Assembly (NCBI GenBank): GCA_015680685.1
Contig: MNCI01000286.1
Location: 10,516-74,515, forward strand
Reading direction: 5' to 3'
DNA from: Gnetum montanum
Taxonomy: Eukaryota > Plantae > Gnetophyta
Length of the DNA stretch: 64,000 nucleotides
The notes under the pieces were generated by a model. The model was given only the letters and a program-made list of their open reading frames with translations, searched no databases and was not told the DNA's origin. Position numbers and translations under genes: made by a program. Of the stretch, positions 51,501-64,000 are shown piece after piece (position 1 is the stretch's first letter; each line of letters opens with the position of its first letter).

Positions 51501-53320
51501 GTGGACCATTGTTGTACCATATAATCTTTCTCCATGGAGAGGTTTCAATTTCTCCTAGTCAATGTTTTGATATTTAAATTTTCCTTAGCCACATGTTCTT
51601 GAAGATGATTTAGGCTTTCTTTTATTTGCTCCTTCTCTTTTGCCACCTCATTTAGTCTTTGGTTTTTGGCAAGAAGGCCCTTATTCTCCTTTCAAAACAC
51701 AGTAATGGTTTTCTCTCATCCATGTGATCTTGCATCAACCTAAGATACATCTCATGTTATCTTCTCCATTTCCATCTTTGTTTGTTATTGCTTAGCCACC
51801 AGTCGATTGATTACATCTTTAAAAACCTAGTTCAGCTACTCTAGAATGATGAGCTACACTCGATTTTCTAGTTATATATGAATTTAAGCAACTTCATCTT
51901 GTAGCCTCTTGATATTCAACTTAGCCTATAGTAGTTAGGCTTTAGAAAGCACTAGCTTCCACTTTGCTACCATTAGCTCAAATTGTATTACCATGACATC
52001 TTCAAAGATGTCAAATATATCTCCAATGATCTACCCTATCTGCAACAATTCATCTAATGCATTTTCATGTTGCTCTACATTTATGCTTCCTTCTCTTTAA
52101 GCACCCTTCCATGTAGACATTTGAATATCTTAAGAAATAATAAAATTAGGAATCTTGTGGCTCTACTAATATGATCAGTTAACATCTCTTTAATAACCTC
52201 CTATCATTCATGTGGCATCACCATGATAGTCACACCATCTCCATACTCTAGAGTGATTTAGAATGTGATAGCATGTCTAAAGATTTGTGGGTGGTCATAT
52301 TGCATGATGTTTACTATAACTTTTCTAGTGAGGGAATCCATTGCAATAATTGTATTCTTATCTATGATGGTGTCAAGCATGTTTGTGAAGTTCTATTTCT
52401 ATTAATTCATGACCTATGAGATCTACAAATGACTCATTATAGGATGATACATAGCAAAACCACTTATGGGTGCTTGAGTACTAGTGTTGGGTGCACTAGT
52501 TTGTGTCATGCTAAGTCCCATACCTATAGTTCCTATTACTAGCATAATGGTTGTCAAAGTTGATGTGGTTGTTATTTCTGAAGTACTAGCTAAGGGTGCT
52601 TTTGTCTTTGAAGATGGTAAAAGCTCCTCTTGAATCTTCTTGGCTAGGATTTTTTTCATGATTTCAGTCCATGATGCTATTGGAGCTTATTGAAGGATGT
52701 CATTAGGATAGTAAGAAATCCCTTCCCTTTTCATAGTTTCCTAATTAGGCATAGTGATGAATGATAGAGGGATTTTAACATCCAACCATATGATTTACAA
52801 GTGTCATGAGAGACTATGTTGAAATCCATGGACTAAACTAACAAAAGTCCTAAATAGTTAATTGTATGATTGCAAGTTGTTGTTTTCTCAACTATAATTG
52901 TAGTGGTCCTTAATATGTATGGTTAAGTATAGTTGAGGCACATGATAATGATGTTGTTATGGCCATTATTAAATAGTGTTAAAATATACAAAATATAGCA
53001 AATTACTCTAATTAATCTAGCATGCAATGAAGTAAACTCTAATCTAGCCTAAGGCGATGAGTATCTAGTCTCACTTGTTGTACATGTCCTAAATGCAAAC
53101 ATCCACTACTAGGATTATCAAAAGTAAAAATATTAGGTGAACCAAGCACTACCAAGTAAACATGTATTTATTCTCAAAGTGGTCACACTTATTTTACCCT
53201 ATCTAACATACATTGGAAAGTAAATCTTGATGAAAGTAAACTATAAGCAAAGAAACATTAAGCTAATTCAAAGTGCTACAATGAATATGAATTAATTTTG
53301 ATCTCATTATTAATCATGGA
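48532..53320 (-). mobile_element. Decayed Athila-like element: 3' LTR 48532-49392, PPT, remnants of extra ORF, partial second LTR ~52850-53320
   Basis: TGATGAG...TTCATCA LTR followed by TACTCCCATAAC..CTTGTCCTCAAGTT, the same PPT-flank motif as at 28623. The minus strand near 52700-52760 gives CLIRKL*..REGISYYPND, homologous to 12580-12630. Internal boundaries are approximate. Confidence 0.6.
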
Positions 53321-54528
53321 TGTTCCTCCAAAAATTTTTTGTACACTCCCACAAGGATACCTTAACAAACTAAGTGTTGAAATACTTAACATGCAACCAC
53401 AAATGATCTTTAATTTGATATAACCTTCGCTTAAGTTAAGGATAATGACATGGTGGGATACACATCTCTAATTGAATATGGAATTAACCCTATCAGACAA
53501 AAATCATAAATGATAAGGGAATGATAAAAATGTATAGTTAAAATTTCAAAAAACACCTAAGTGTTTATTGTAGGAAAAATGGCTAAGTGTAAAATGTTGA
53601 AAATACACTTATAGAATGCACTACAAGTATAAATGATAAATAAGTGTAAAACATGAATAAAATGGCATAAAAGATTAGAATATGAATGGTACCATATGGG
53701 GGAGGGGGGATGGGAAGGGTAAGGGGGTGGAGAAGGGTTTATGTTCCCTTCCTAAAGAATAAAAATTCTTTATTCTTGAAAACAAACTATTTTGCCTCCT
53801 AAGAAGGGCTAAACTACAAGTGTTGGAGTAAAAACATAAAAAAGATAAAATTAACAATTAAAACCCAATCCATGAGCAAAATATGGGTTTGGAAAGTGAA
53901 TTGAATCTATGGAGGATGAGGATATGGATGGAGAAGTTGTAAGAGCAATCTAGTATCAATTTTGAGTGAAAACACGACTATATTAACTAAGTGCCCCCAT
54001 CATTGATGCTACAGTTGAAAAAAATTTCTAACTTTGAAAAGTGACATTGTGGTTTAAAAATTCCAAGTATAGAGGGTTGATGTAGATGCTTCTTAATTGA
54101 TGTGGATGTTGTGTTAGTGCTAGTACTAGAGCTTGAAGTAGTTGTGATGATCATGGAGCATGCAAACGATGCTAGGAGGTTTGTTACATGTGCTCTTGAT
54201 CTTTCAAAATCTTAAAAAGTACTTAAGATCTTAAGGAACTTGTCCCAAAATATAGGTTTTGATGCCATATTTATAGGGTTAGGGTTATCAATTTCAAGCT
54301 TGGTGCTAAGTGAAGTTCGTTGGACATTAGTTTGGACATCATTCTTGAGGACAATGTAGGGTCTAGGTGAGTTTGCCTTTGTTGCTTTTTTTTTTTGTTA
54401 ATTTTTGTTTTTTAATTTTTGTCTTTTATGGGAAATATTTAAGGGAAAGTAGGAGAAGATGAGGTGCTTGGGCTTATGCTGGTAGCCATGCCAATGCAAG
54501 TTCATGCAAGTAGTGCACTGTAAAGTGG

Positions 54529-57500
54529 GGGGCAGCGGAGCACGTTCACTCTAATAGAAAATAACCTTCAAACCCACTAAATCTAGATCTTATGGAGAGA
54601 CAAATTAATATGGTAGCAAATAAGAAAAATAACTATATTTAATTACTAAAATTAAGATTACAATAGGATTTGACAACCCATAAAACATCCAAAACACTCA
54701 ACACTTAAATGATGCTGTAGAGAATGAGGCTTTATAACCACCCAATGATTGTTCTTAATGCGAGGCACAACTAGATGAGATCAAATCATACAAGCACATA
54801 AAATACACAAAGGCCAAACATACACACACAATTCAACCACAGAGATGAAACAACACTCTTGCACTCTTACACTTATGCTCTTATCTCTTGAGCTCTTCCC
54901 CTCCTAACATCTCATGAAGGAATACATCAATATTTAATGATAAAGAGAAGATAAGAAATCTAAAACCCATTTCCCAACTCAACTTGAGGATATTATGCTA
55001 TTTTTATCTTTTCCTCTTTTATCCTAACTATTTCCCAAATTGGAATAGTAATTTTGGAAGTTTCCATACTCATTTGGATCATCTTTAGGCTTTTTGGATC
55101 ATCTCATTATTAATCCTAACTAGCAAGTGGGACATCTCACCCATGCCTAGGACATCTCCACTATAGTTGGGACATCTCATATAAACCTAGGATTTCTTAG
55201 TTGATATGTCTCATCATTCCATGGGGCATCTCTCATTTTGTGGGATATCTCATAAGAATATGGGTCATCTCACTCACATGAGAGACATCTCACCCAAGAT
55301 GACTGTTACTCAGCCAAGATATCTCCCTTGAATTTGGGATGTCTCTTGTAAGATTAGCTCTCAGCTAAGACATCACTTGGACTTTTAAGAAATCTTTCTA
55401 GAGCCTAAAACTTGAAAGAATCACCTATAGGAAAAAAACACAAGGGAATTTAAAGAGGTGTTCTTACACCATCTATCCCATCCTTTAAAAAGTAAACTTA
55501 TGTGAACAAGGAGGTAGGGGTTAAAGTGATCTCCTACTTAACAAGTTTAGTCTCATGAATCCATACAACATTATTAGTGAATTGATCCTTTCAATGGATC
55601 AAATACTCATGCCTCTTTACTTCCTAAGTTCTTGAAGCTTCCCTTCGCTTGTGTACAACTCCCTACGTCTTCATTAAAGGCTTGGGCTAATCAATAGCTC
55701 TTTTCAATTCATCAATATTATTTTGTATGGTTTCCTCATCAACTAATCCATGATAGTGCATAAGATCTACAATTTTAATACAAAATACATACCAAAATCA
55801 TTTGGCAAATCAATCTCAAAAGCATTATCATTAATTTTGGCCTTGATTCTGAAAGGAGCCATCTTCTTGGCTTTCAGCTTAGAAAAGTTAACATCTCTTA
55901 ACCTCTTCTTTTTCAAGTGTATCTAAAACAAGTTATCCATAGCAAAATTTGGCTTTCATTGTTGTCATTCCTTTTTAGGACTCTCTCTTTAGCTTTCTTC
56001 TTAAGATTTTATTTCACTTGTGCATGGAGATCCCTCATCTCTTGTACAAAATCAGAACTAAGTTGAACTTCATCATCAAAGCTCTTCAAATTGTCCACCA
56101 TCTTAGGGAATAAACAATAATTCACCTCAAATGGACTTTTACCAATGGCAACGTGAAAAGAATTATTATATGAAAATTTAGCATGATAAACAAGTTTTTC
56201 CATCTATTTGACTGTCCATCACATAGACATCTCAAAATGTTCATCAAGGATTTATTTAGCACCTTCGTTTGACCATCATATTGTGAATGATATGTATTAT
56301 AAAAATTTAGTTTTATCCTTAGAATTTTTTAAAGGAACCTCCAAAAATGACTAGTAAATTTGGAGTCTTTGTTACTAACAATATTCAAAGGAATACCATG
56401 CAGCTTTATAACATGCTAGAAAAATAAATTTGCCACATGAGAAGCATCACTCACCTTTTTGCATAAAATGAGGTATGCCATCTTGAAGAACCTATGGAAA
56501 AAAATAAAAATTGCATTATTCCCACTTTTGGCTTTTGGAATACCACCCACAAAATCCATTGACACACTTTCCAATGAAGCCTTTGTAATTGACAAAGACA
56601 TCCATTCCTTTATGGTATTTAAATTTCTAATAAGTCAAGTACTTCTTCACAAATTTCAAAACTTTAGTCCTCTTACCTAGCCAAAAATAGTACCAACCCA
56701 CAAGCTTTAATGTTTTATCCCTGCCCATGTGACCTAACATGTAACTATGATTCTTTTCAAACAAAATCTTCTTCTTGAAATCATAACACATACCTTCCCA
56801 TTTTTGAATAACAATTCATCTTGAATATGATAGTCCCTCTGCTGGTCTATCCTATCCATCAATGGCTCCTTCAAGCTTTTCAAAACCTACCCAAAATCAC
56901 AATCATGTTCATATAAATTAGCAAAATCATCCATAACTTCTATATGAGGTACATTGAAAATAACCACATGTCTCCTAGGCAATGAATCAGCCACCACATT
57001 ATCTTTTCTACTTTTTTGTTGAGCACAAAATTAAGCTTCTATAATTGCAAAACTCACTTCATGTGCTTTGCACTCAATTTATTTTGATAGTTTAGAAATT
57101 ATAGCGCTTTGTGGTATGCCATCAAAGTGAATTCCTTGGATAGAAAGTAATGCCTCCAATGCTTGATTGCTTGAAGAATAGTGTAAAAATCTTTCTCATA
57201 CACACTATATTTTTACCTTGTTTTTCATTATCTCACCTAAAATATTTATTTTTCTTTAATAAAGTAAACATAGGTTAAGAAATACCACTACAAGTTTTTA
57301 TGGATCTTCAATGAAACCAACTAACCTAAGAAATTATCTTACCTTTCCAACATTCTTAGGATTTGGCCAATTCCTAATTACCCTCACCTTCATAGCTTCC
57401 ATCCGAATTTGGTTTTTAAAAACCACATGCTCCAAATATATGATTTACCTCTTGAATAAATGATTTTTCTTCACATTTATCAGTAATTGTGCCTCCTTCA

Positions 57501-60500
57501 ATTTTAGAAATACCTTTCTCAAGTGATCCAAGTACTCTTCCTCATTAAAGCTATACACCAAAATATCATTAAAAAAATAATACAATACTTACCAATCAAG
57601 TCCTTCAATACATCATGCATCAACTTCATGAATGTAGCAAGTGCACTCATGAGCCCAAATGGCATCACTAACCACTCAAATAATCCATCTAGTTTTTTAA
57701 AAGTTGTCTTTCATTCATATCCTAATTTGATGATAATCACTCGTCATATTAGTTTTGCTAAAAATATTTGTATTGGTATGGATATCAAGGATATCATCCA
57801 TCCTTGGAATAGGAAATTAGTACCTTACTATTATCTTGTTCACTAACCTAAAATCAATGCACATTGTCCATTCATCATTGTTCTTCTTTGGCATAAGCAC
57901 TGTTGAAACTGCACAAGGTGAAATGGACTCCCTCATGAAGACATTTGCAAGTAACTTCTTTACTTTCCTTTGCAATTAAACCCTCTAATTTAATGCCATT
58001 CAATATGCTATTTCATTTGAAATGGTAGCAGTAGGGATGAAATTAAGTTGGTGCTATACATTTGTTATTGGTGGTAATGCATCCAATTCCTCCTTGAGCA
58101 TCTTATAAATTTTCTCTTTCAAGCCTAACACACATGTTGGAACTTTTCAATCTTCCCATCATCATGATTAAAAGAAACTATTGATACAACAAAAAAACCA
58201 AAACCTATTTCATCATGTTTTTAAAGGTATTTCGTCTCTCCTAGAAGGATTAAGAAAACAATAAGTAAGCTTTGCTACCTCATTTATTCAAGTGTCATGA
58301 GAATCAACTCATGGATCCCATCAAATCTTGGTACACTCCATACATTTCTTGCTTCATTAAATTGACAACCATTATCAAAATTCCAAGGTATACCAAGAAT
58401 TACATTAGCACAATCAAATTGAAAGCACATCATACTTTATAACATCATGAAAAATTCCAATTTGAAATTTCAAAACATACTATTCTCTCATCTCTTTAGA
58501 GTAATCTCTAGATAGCCAATACACCATATATGGTCTAGGATAAGGATTAGTTACCAAACCTAATCTAGCAACTACTCTAGAAGAAATAACATTTTCTTGG
58601 GCTTTTTCATCAATCAAAACATGAATCCATTCCTCACTAAGCAAACATCTAGCCCTAATCTAAAATAACAATTTTCTATTAGGATGATCTCCTTTATTCA
58701 TATTTCTCATGAATGCACAAGAATTTAATTTAGAAACTTACTAAATATTTAGAGCATTAGGATTACCTCTTTGAAGACCTTGACTAGATGTCTCCTCCAC
58801 CTCTATGGTTTGCACATCCTTACCCTTTTCTACCTTGATAAGTGGACATTCTTATTACTGGTGTCCCCATTCTCCACACATGAAGCACTAGATCTTTGAT
58901 GAACTTTTGCCTCGACCCTTACCTCTCTTGCCTTGGTCCTTCTTTTTCTTATTCTTCTCATCATTCTTCTTAGTCTTCTTGTCATAGCTCCTATCTTTTT
59001 TTTTAGATTTGAATCCCTTCTTTGATTCAAATCCCTTATTCTTTCCCTTGGAAGGTTATTTACTTTTGTTTCCAAATCCATTGAGTTTCTTTTTTTTCTT
59101 GAGTGCTAAATCATAAGACTCATTAAGATTTTGTAGCTCATAGAATAATAACTCCTATTGATACACCAATTTAAGCCCTTATAAAAAGACTAATACCTAT
59201 TCATACTTATCCTAGTTTCCTTTTTCTTGATGGAATAGATCACAAAACTTGAGGTAAAAATTTTTGACATCTTTGTAACCTTGCCTTAGGAATTTCAACT
59301 TCATAATAGTTTCTTGTCTCTAAAGAGACTATTCAAATTTCCTTCTTAACTTGTATTTCATCAAATTCCAATCTCTAATGGGTTTGCCATTTTACCTTTA
59401 ATTAGCTTGGAACTCCTTTTTCCACCAAGTAGAAACCATACCTTCTAATCTAGATTCAAAAATAGGTATCCTTAATTAGTTTAGTACCTCTTTCAACTTG
59501 AAGTGCTTGTCAAGTATCTTTAGCTAACTTAAAAAAGCATTGATTCCATCTATACCATTAAAAGTCTTTAACTCAATGTAAGGAAGTCTAGAAACATTTT
59601 TGACTGCTATAGTAAGGCTTGCTTCATTCTTCTCATCAAGCTTACCATGATAAGAAGTAGCAGCCACTAATGAAGCTCTTGGAATCATCATATGAGGAAT
59701 AGGATTTCCTCCCATTAGAATCCTTAGTTGATAGGTTCCTACACTTCCATAGATAGATTATCCTTTCCCATCATTTCCTTCACCTGGTTGAGAAACTTCT
59801 TCACTATTTGAACATGAATGCTCATCATCTTTACATGTTTGAATACAGTTAGGACAAATATTTCTATCTATACCTTAACACTGATCTTGTCCAATTGAGC
59901 AACCATTAATTGGAAGGCAGACTTCATGCTCTCCATGTATCTATTCAAGGCTTGGACCTATTTTTTCTTAAGTGTCATATGAATTTAACAAAATGCTTAA
60001 CCAAGTATAATAAATAATCAACCTAAAGCTCTGATAGTAATAACTAATGGAGTAGGTTTATTCCAATAGAAAATAACCTTCAAATCCACTAAATATAGAT
60101 GTTATAAAAATAAAAATCAATATTCTAGAAAAAAAGAAAACTAACTATCCTTAATTATTGAAATGAAGATTATATCATGGTTCCATAACCTACAAAACAT
60201 CCAAAACACACCTAAAACTTAGATAATGTTGTAGAGCATGAGGTTGTACAACCCCAGAGTGATTGTTCTCAGTGCAAGCCACAACTAAATGAGACCAACT
60301 CATACAAGCATACAAGAGATACACACATAGGTCAAACATAAACAAAATTTAACCACAAATCTACAATCACATTCTTGCACTTGTACACTTCCACTCTCAT
60401 CTCTTGAGTTCTCCAACTCATGATGTCTCATGAAGGAATATATTGATATTGAATGATAATGAAAAGATAAGAAATCTAAAAACCTTTCTCCAACTCAACT

Positions 60501-60985
60501 TGAGAATATCATACTATTTCTATCTTTTTCTCCCTTATCTTTATAGTTTTATAAATTGAAATGGTAATTTTAGAAGTGTCCCCACTAATTTGGATTATCT
60601 TTTAGCTTTTTAGATCATCTCATTGTCAACCCTAATTGGTATGTGAGATGTCTCATCCATGTCTAGGACATCTCCATTATAGTTGAGATCTCTCAGCTAA
60701 ACTTGGAATGTCTTACCTAAACCTGAAACATCTCAACTGAGATGTCTCATCATTCTGTGGACATCTTACAAGAGTTTGGGATGTCTCACTCACATTTGAG
60801 ATGCCTCATTTGAGATGATTGTTACTTAGCCAAGATGTATTCCTTAAATCTAGGATGTCTCTTGCAAGCTCAACTCTCAACCAGATGTCTCTTGGACTTC
60901 CAGGTTGTCTTTATAAAGCCTAAAACCTACAAAAATCACCTATAGGAAAAAACACAAGGGAATTGAAATAGGTGTTCTTACACCA
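54529..60985 (-). mobile_element. Full-length decayed chromovirus-type Ty3/Gypsy element (gag-PR-RT-RH-INT-chromodomain)
   Basis: Diverged LTRs at ~54529-55471 and ~60041-60985 with probable TSD AGTGG. Degenerate Met-PBS (GCTCTGATAGTA) at 60028-60039. Motifs: knuckle CFMCGEWGH ~58870, RT LFEWLVMPFGL..FFNDILVYS ~57550-57690, integrase ESVSMDFVGGIPK..FKMAYLILC 56416-56601, chromodomain remnant EYLIH*KD..VVWIHE ~55550-55610. Confidence 0.88.
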
Positions 60986-62689
60986 AGTGGTGGATGGAAG
61001 TAGATGAAGGAAGGAAAAATCAAAAATGGTAGTTTCATGGAAACATAAAGGATGGATGAAAAGTGTTGGTTTATGTTATAAGAGGTAAATCTGTCCTTGA
61101 TAAGGGTAGAGTAGGGTTTATGAGTGCTAGCTGTAGAGGGGAATGGCCATCCACTATGCCCCTAAGGATGAAATAAGTAACGTTGAGCAGTGAGGGTTTG
61201 GAAGTTTTTTTCTTCTTTTTGTAGAAATCTTTTCACTAGGAGAGGGGAAGAAGACAATGGAAAAGAAGGTAGGACTAGGTAGGTAAAAGGAAAATATAGA
61301 AGGGAGTGTGGATGATGGTAGTTAGATGAGAGGGTACATATGTGGAAGCCTAGCTAGTGTGCAAGGAGAAGGACGACATTGTTATATTTTAAAAGAAAAA
61401 AAAATTTTATTATGTATTGGAAAGTGGGAAAAAGGGTCATGTATGCATGTGCATCACTTAGCAATGCCATCGCATAGTATTGCTAGTGCATGATAATATG
61501 CATGATGTCGCTAGCATCCAACTAGCCCTAGTTAATATTGGCATAGGTTGTGTGCCTATCTTTTCTTTTTTGGATTAGTGAAAAAGGTAGGATAGTAGGG
61601 CTTAATGCATGTAGGGAACCAACAAATAAGAAGTATTAATAGGAAAACCAAAATCAAAATTTAGTTAAGTATGAGAGGAGGGCAGTGAAAAAAAAACCTA
61701 CTAAAGTCTAATGTTGAGTGTTAGTGATGAAAAGTTAAAGTTGAAGGAGAGACAATGATTAGGTATCTAGAATTAGGAAAAATATTCCAAAGTGCTAAGA
61801 GGAATGATAGGGAAAAATGTTCAAGCATGAGACTAGTTAAAATAATAGGAAAATTACCTAAGTATTAGTGCTTCCCAAGTGATGTAAAGCCTAATTTGGA
61901 AAATGTTGGGAGTAATACTTGCAAGCTTAAGTATTGTTTCTTTTTCCTAAATTAATCTTGTAGTTTACTTGTTAATATTTATGCATTTATCCTTGTCTTA
62001 TGGGTACTAATATGTTGATTTTTCATATTGTTTTAAAGAAGTTACATTATTCCTAGACTCATGGTGATTGGTCTAATGTTCTTCTCGATCTATGATGTGA
62101 GCCTTGTGGTTATTGAGAGGCCTTTTAGGGTGAAAGATCTCCCTATTGTTGATGGTCATTCATTCTACCCTATATAGATTTTGGCATGTCCAAGGGCTAG
62201 ATGATTCCTAGAGTTCTAAGTTAATCATTTTTGTGTGCTCATGTGAACTTTGTTACCTCTCCTTATGATCTCACACACCCTTGAGAGGATATGTTGTGAT
62301 ATTAGTATGAGGCTACTTGGATGCATCATCTAGAACTCAAGTGACATTGATATGATTATGGATGAGACATGTAGGACTTAGGCATCCACTGTAAAGAGCT
62401 AGATCATTTGTTGAGGGATCACCCTTACAAATAGTTGAACATTCACTCCATCTTGCTACTAGATTTTCTTTACATCTAGATTTCAAGTAGTCCCATTGAA
62501 ACACATGTCATAGTCTCTAGGTACATTGATATAAATTCTTGCTTATATATTAAAATTTTGTAAGTCTTTAGGATCTTATTTATGATTTGAACTATTAGTT
62601 GATATGGCTTGATTATCTCATTGTGCTTGCAAGTTTCAGGATCCTGATCATAAGGAGTTCTACCTAGAGATGTTGAAGCAAATGCTATG

Positions 62690-64000
62690 TGATGAGACGT
62701 GGTTCGCACAGGTCGCGATATCGTAGTTGACGCGATATCGCATCTTTCCCTATGATATCGTGTACGCGATATCGCAGTCCGCCGCCATATCTATAAATAA
62801 GACGCGGCTCTCCCTCATTTACATCCTAGTTTTAGAGTAGCGAAGCTGTGGCAGTTTGATCCCTTCAGAGTTAGATTTTTTCCCATGTTTGCCCGAAGTG
62901 TGGTGAATGTAATTGTACGGTGTCTTTATTCGAGTGTTCCGTACTTGGACACGCACATGATCGGCAATAAAGATCGAGATTACTTCATCATTGCAGCATT
63001 CACTTTGTTATTTACTTAATGTTATTTATTGCTTTCGTAGCGCAGTGTGAGTATGACTTGGCTACGAGCGCCCACGGGTGTGTACAGCTAGTCAAGGAAT
63101 CAGTTACTCATCGCGATTAGTCTCTTGCCCTTAAACTCCTAGAAGCAGAACGAGTACAACTTGATTATGAGCATTTAAGTGTGACTGCTTGGTAGCCCAG
63201 TGGTGTAGCTAGGATCTACGCTTGGTAACCCAGTGGCGTATTTGGGGTCTACGCTTGGTAATCCCAGTGGCGTACCTAGGCCTACGCTTGGTAGTCCCAG
63301 TGGNNNNNNNNNNNNNNNNNNNNNNNNNNNNNNNNNNNNNNNNNNNNNNNNNNNNNNNNNNNNNNNNNNNNNNNNNNNNNNNNNNNNNNNNNNNNNNNNN
63401 NNNNNNNNNNNNNNNNNNNNNNNNNNNNNNNNNNNNNNNNNNNNNNNNNNNNNNNNNNNNNNNNNNNNNNNNNNNNNNNNNNNNNNNNNNNNNNNNNNNN
63501 NNNNNNNNNNNNNNNNNNNNNNNNNNNNNNNNNNNNNNNNNNNNNNNNNNNNNNNNNNNNNNNNNNNNNNNNNNNNNNNNNNNNNNNNNNNNNNNNNNNN
63601 NNNNNNNNNNNNNNNNNNNNNNNNNNNNNNNNNNNNNNNNNNNNNNNNNNNNNNNNNNNNNNNNNNNNNNNNNNNNNNNNNNNNNNNNNNNNNNNNNNNN
63701 NNNNNNNNNNNNNNNNNNNNNNNNNNNNNNNNNNNNNNNNNNNNNNNNNNNNNNNNNNNNNNNNNNNNNNNNNNNNNNNNNNNNNNNNNNNNNNNNNNNN
63801 NNNNNNNNNNNNNNNNNNNNNNNNNNNNNNNNNNNNNNNNNNNNNNNNNNNNNNNNNNNNNNNNNNNNNNNNNNNNNNNNNNNNNNNNNNNNNNNNNNNN
63901 NNNNNNNNNNNNNNNNNNNNNNNNNNNNNNNNNNNNNNNNNNNNNNNNNNNNNNNGTAGTGAGGAAGTTCATTGGAGAACCAATGAGTTATATGATGATG
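62690..64000 (+). mobile_element. Start of another copy of the gag-containing Athila-like family (5' LTR, gap, gag start)
   Basis: Begins TGATGAG and is highly similar to the reverse complement of 33738-34677. After the gap, TAGTGAGGAAGTTCATTGGAGAACCAA matches the gag start at ~33532-33558. Confidence 0.85.

Noticed and set aside
53620-53630. CACTACAAG as a CACTA transposon end
   Set aside because: No matching inverted end, subterminal repeats or transposase was seen.

Overview
Repeat-rich land-plant nuclear DNA with several N gaps (264-966, 6408-6431, 7086-7272, 18442-18731, 33290-33374, 40283, 63304-63955). Two host genes are supported: an intronless, GC-rich AGCVIII-type Ser/Thr kinase (18133-19404) and an intact 9-exon GH79 heparanase-like beta-glucuronidase (42370-45797), which has a decayed partial paralog (promoter plus exon 1) at ~37.5-38 kb. 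The rest is mostly Ty3/Gypsy LTR retrotransposon sequence. It includes a minus-strand Tat-type element at 1-10332, a gag-only Athila-like element with both LTRs and a TSD (27650-34677), many related solo or truncated LTRs, and a decayed chromovirus (54529-60985). The most striking structure is in the Tat-type element. It encodes gag plus protease but no RT/RNaseH/integrase. In their place are a 50-bp tandem array and a convergently oriented antisense gene of >900 codons split by short GT-AG introns, five of which join in the correct phase. That protein shares a domain motif with the sense-strand 'extra ORFs' of the unrelated Athila-like elements in the window. All calls are from manual reading and translation; no searches were run.
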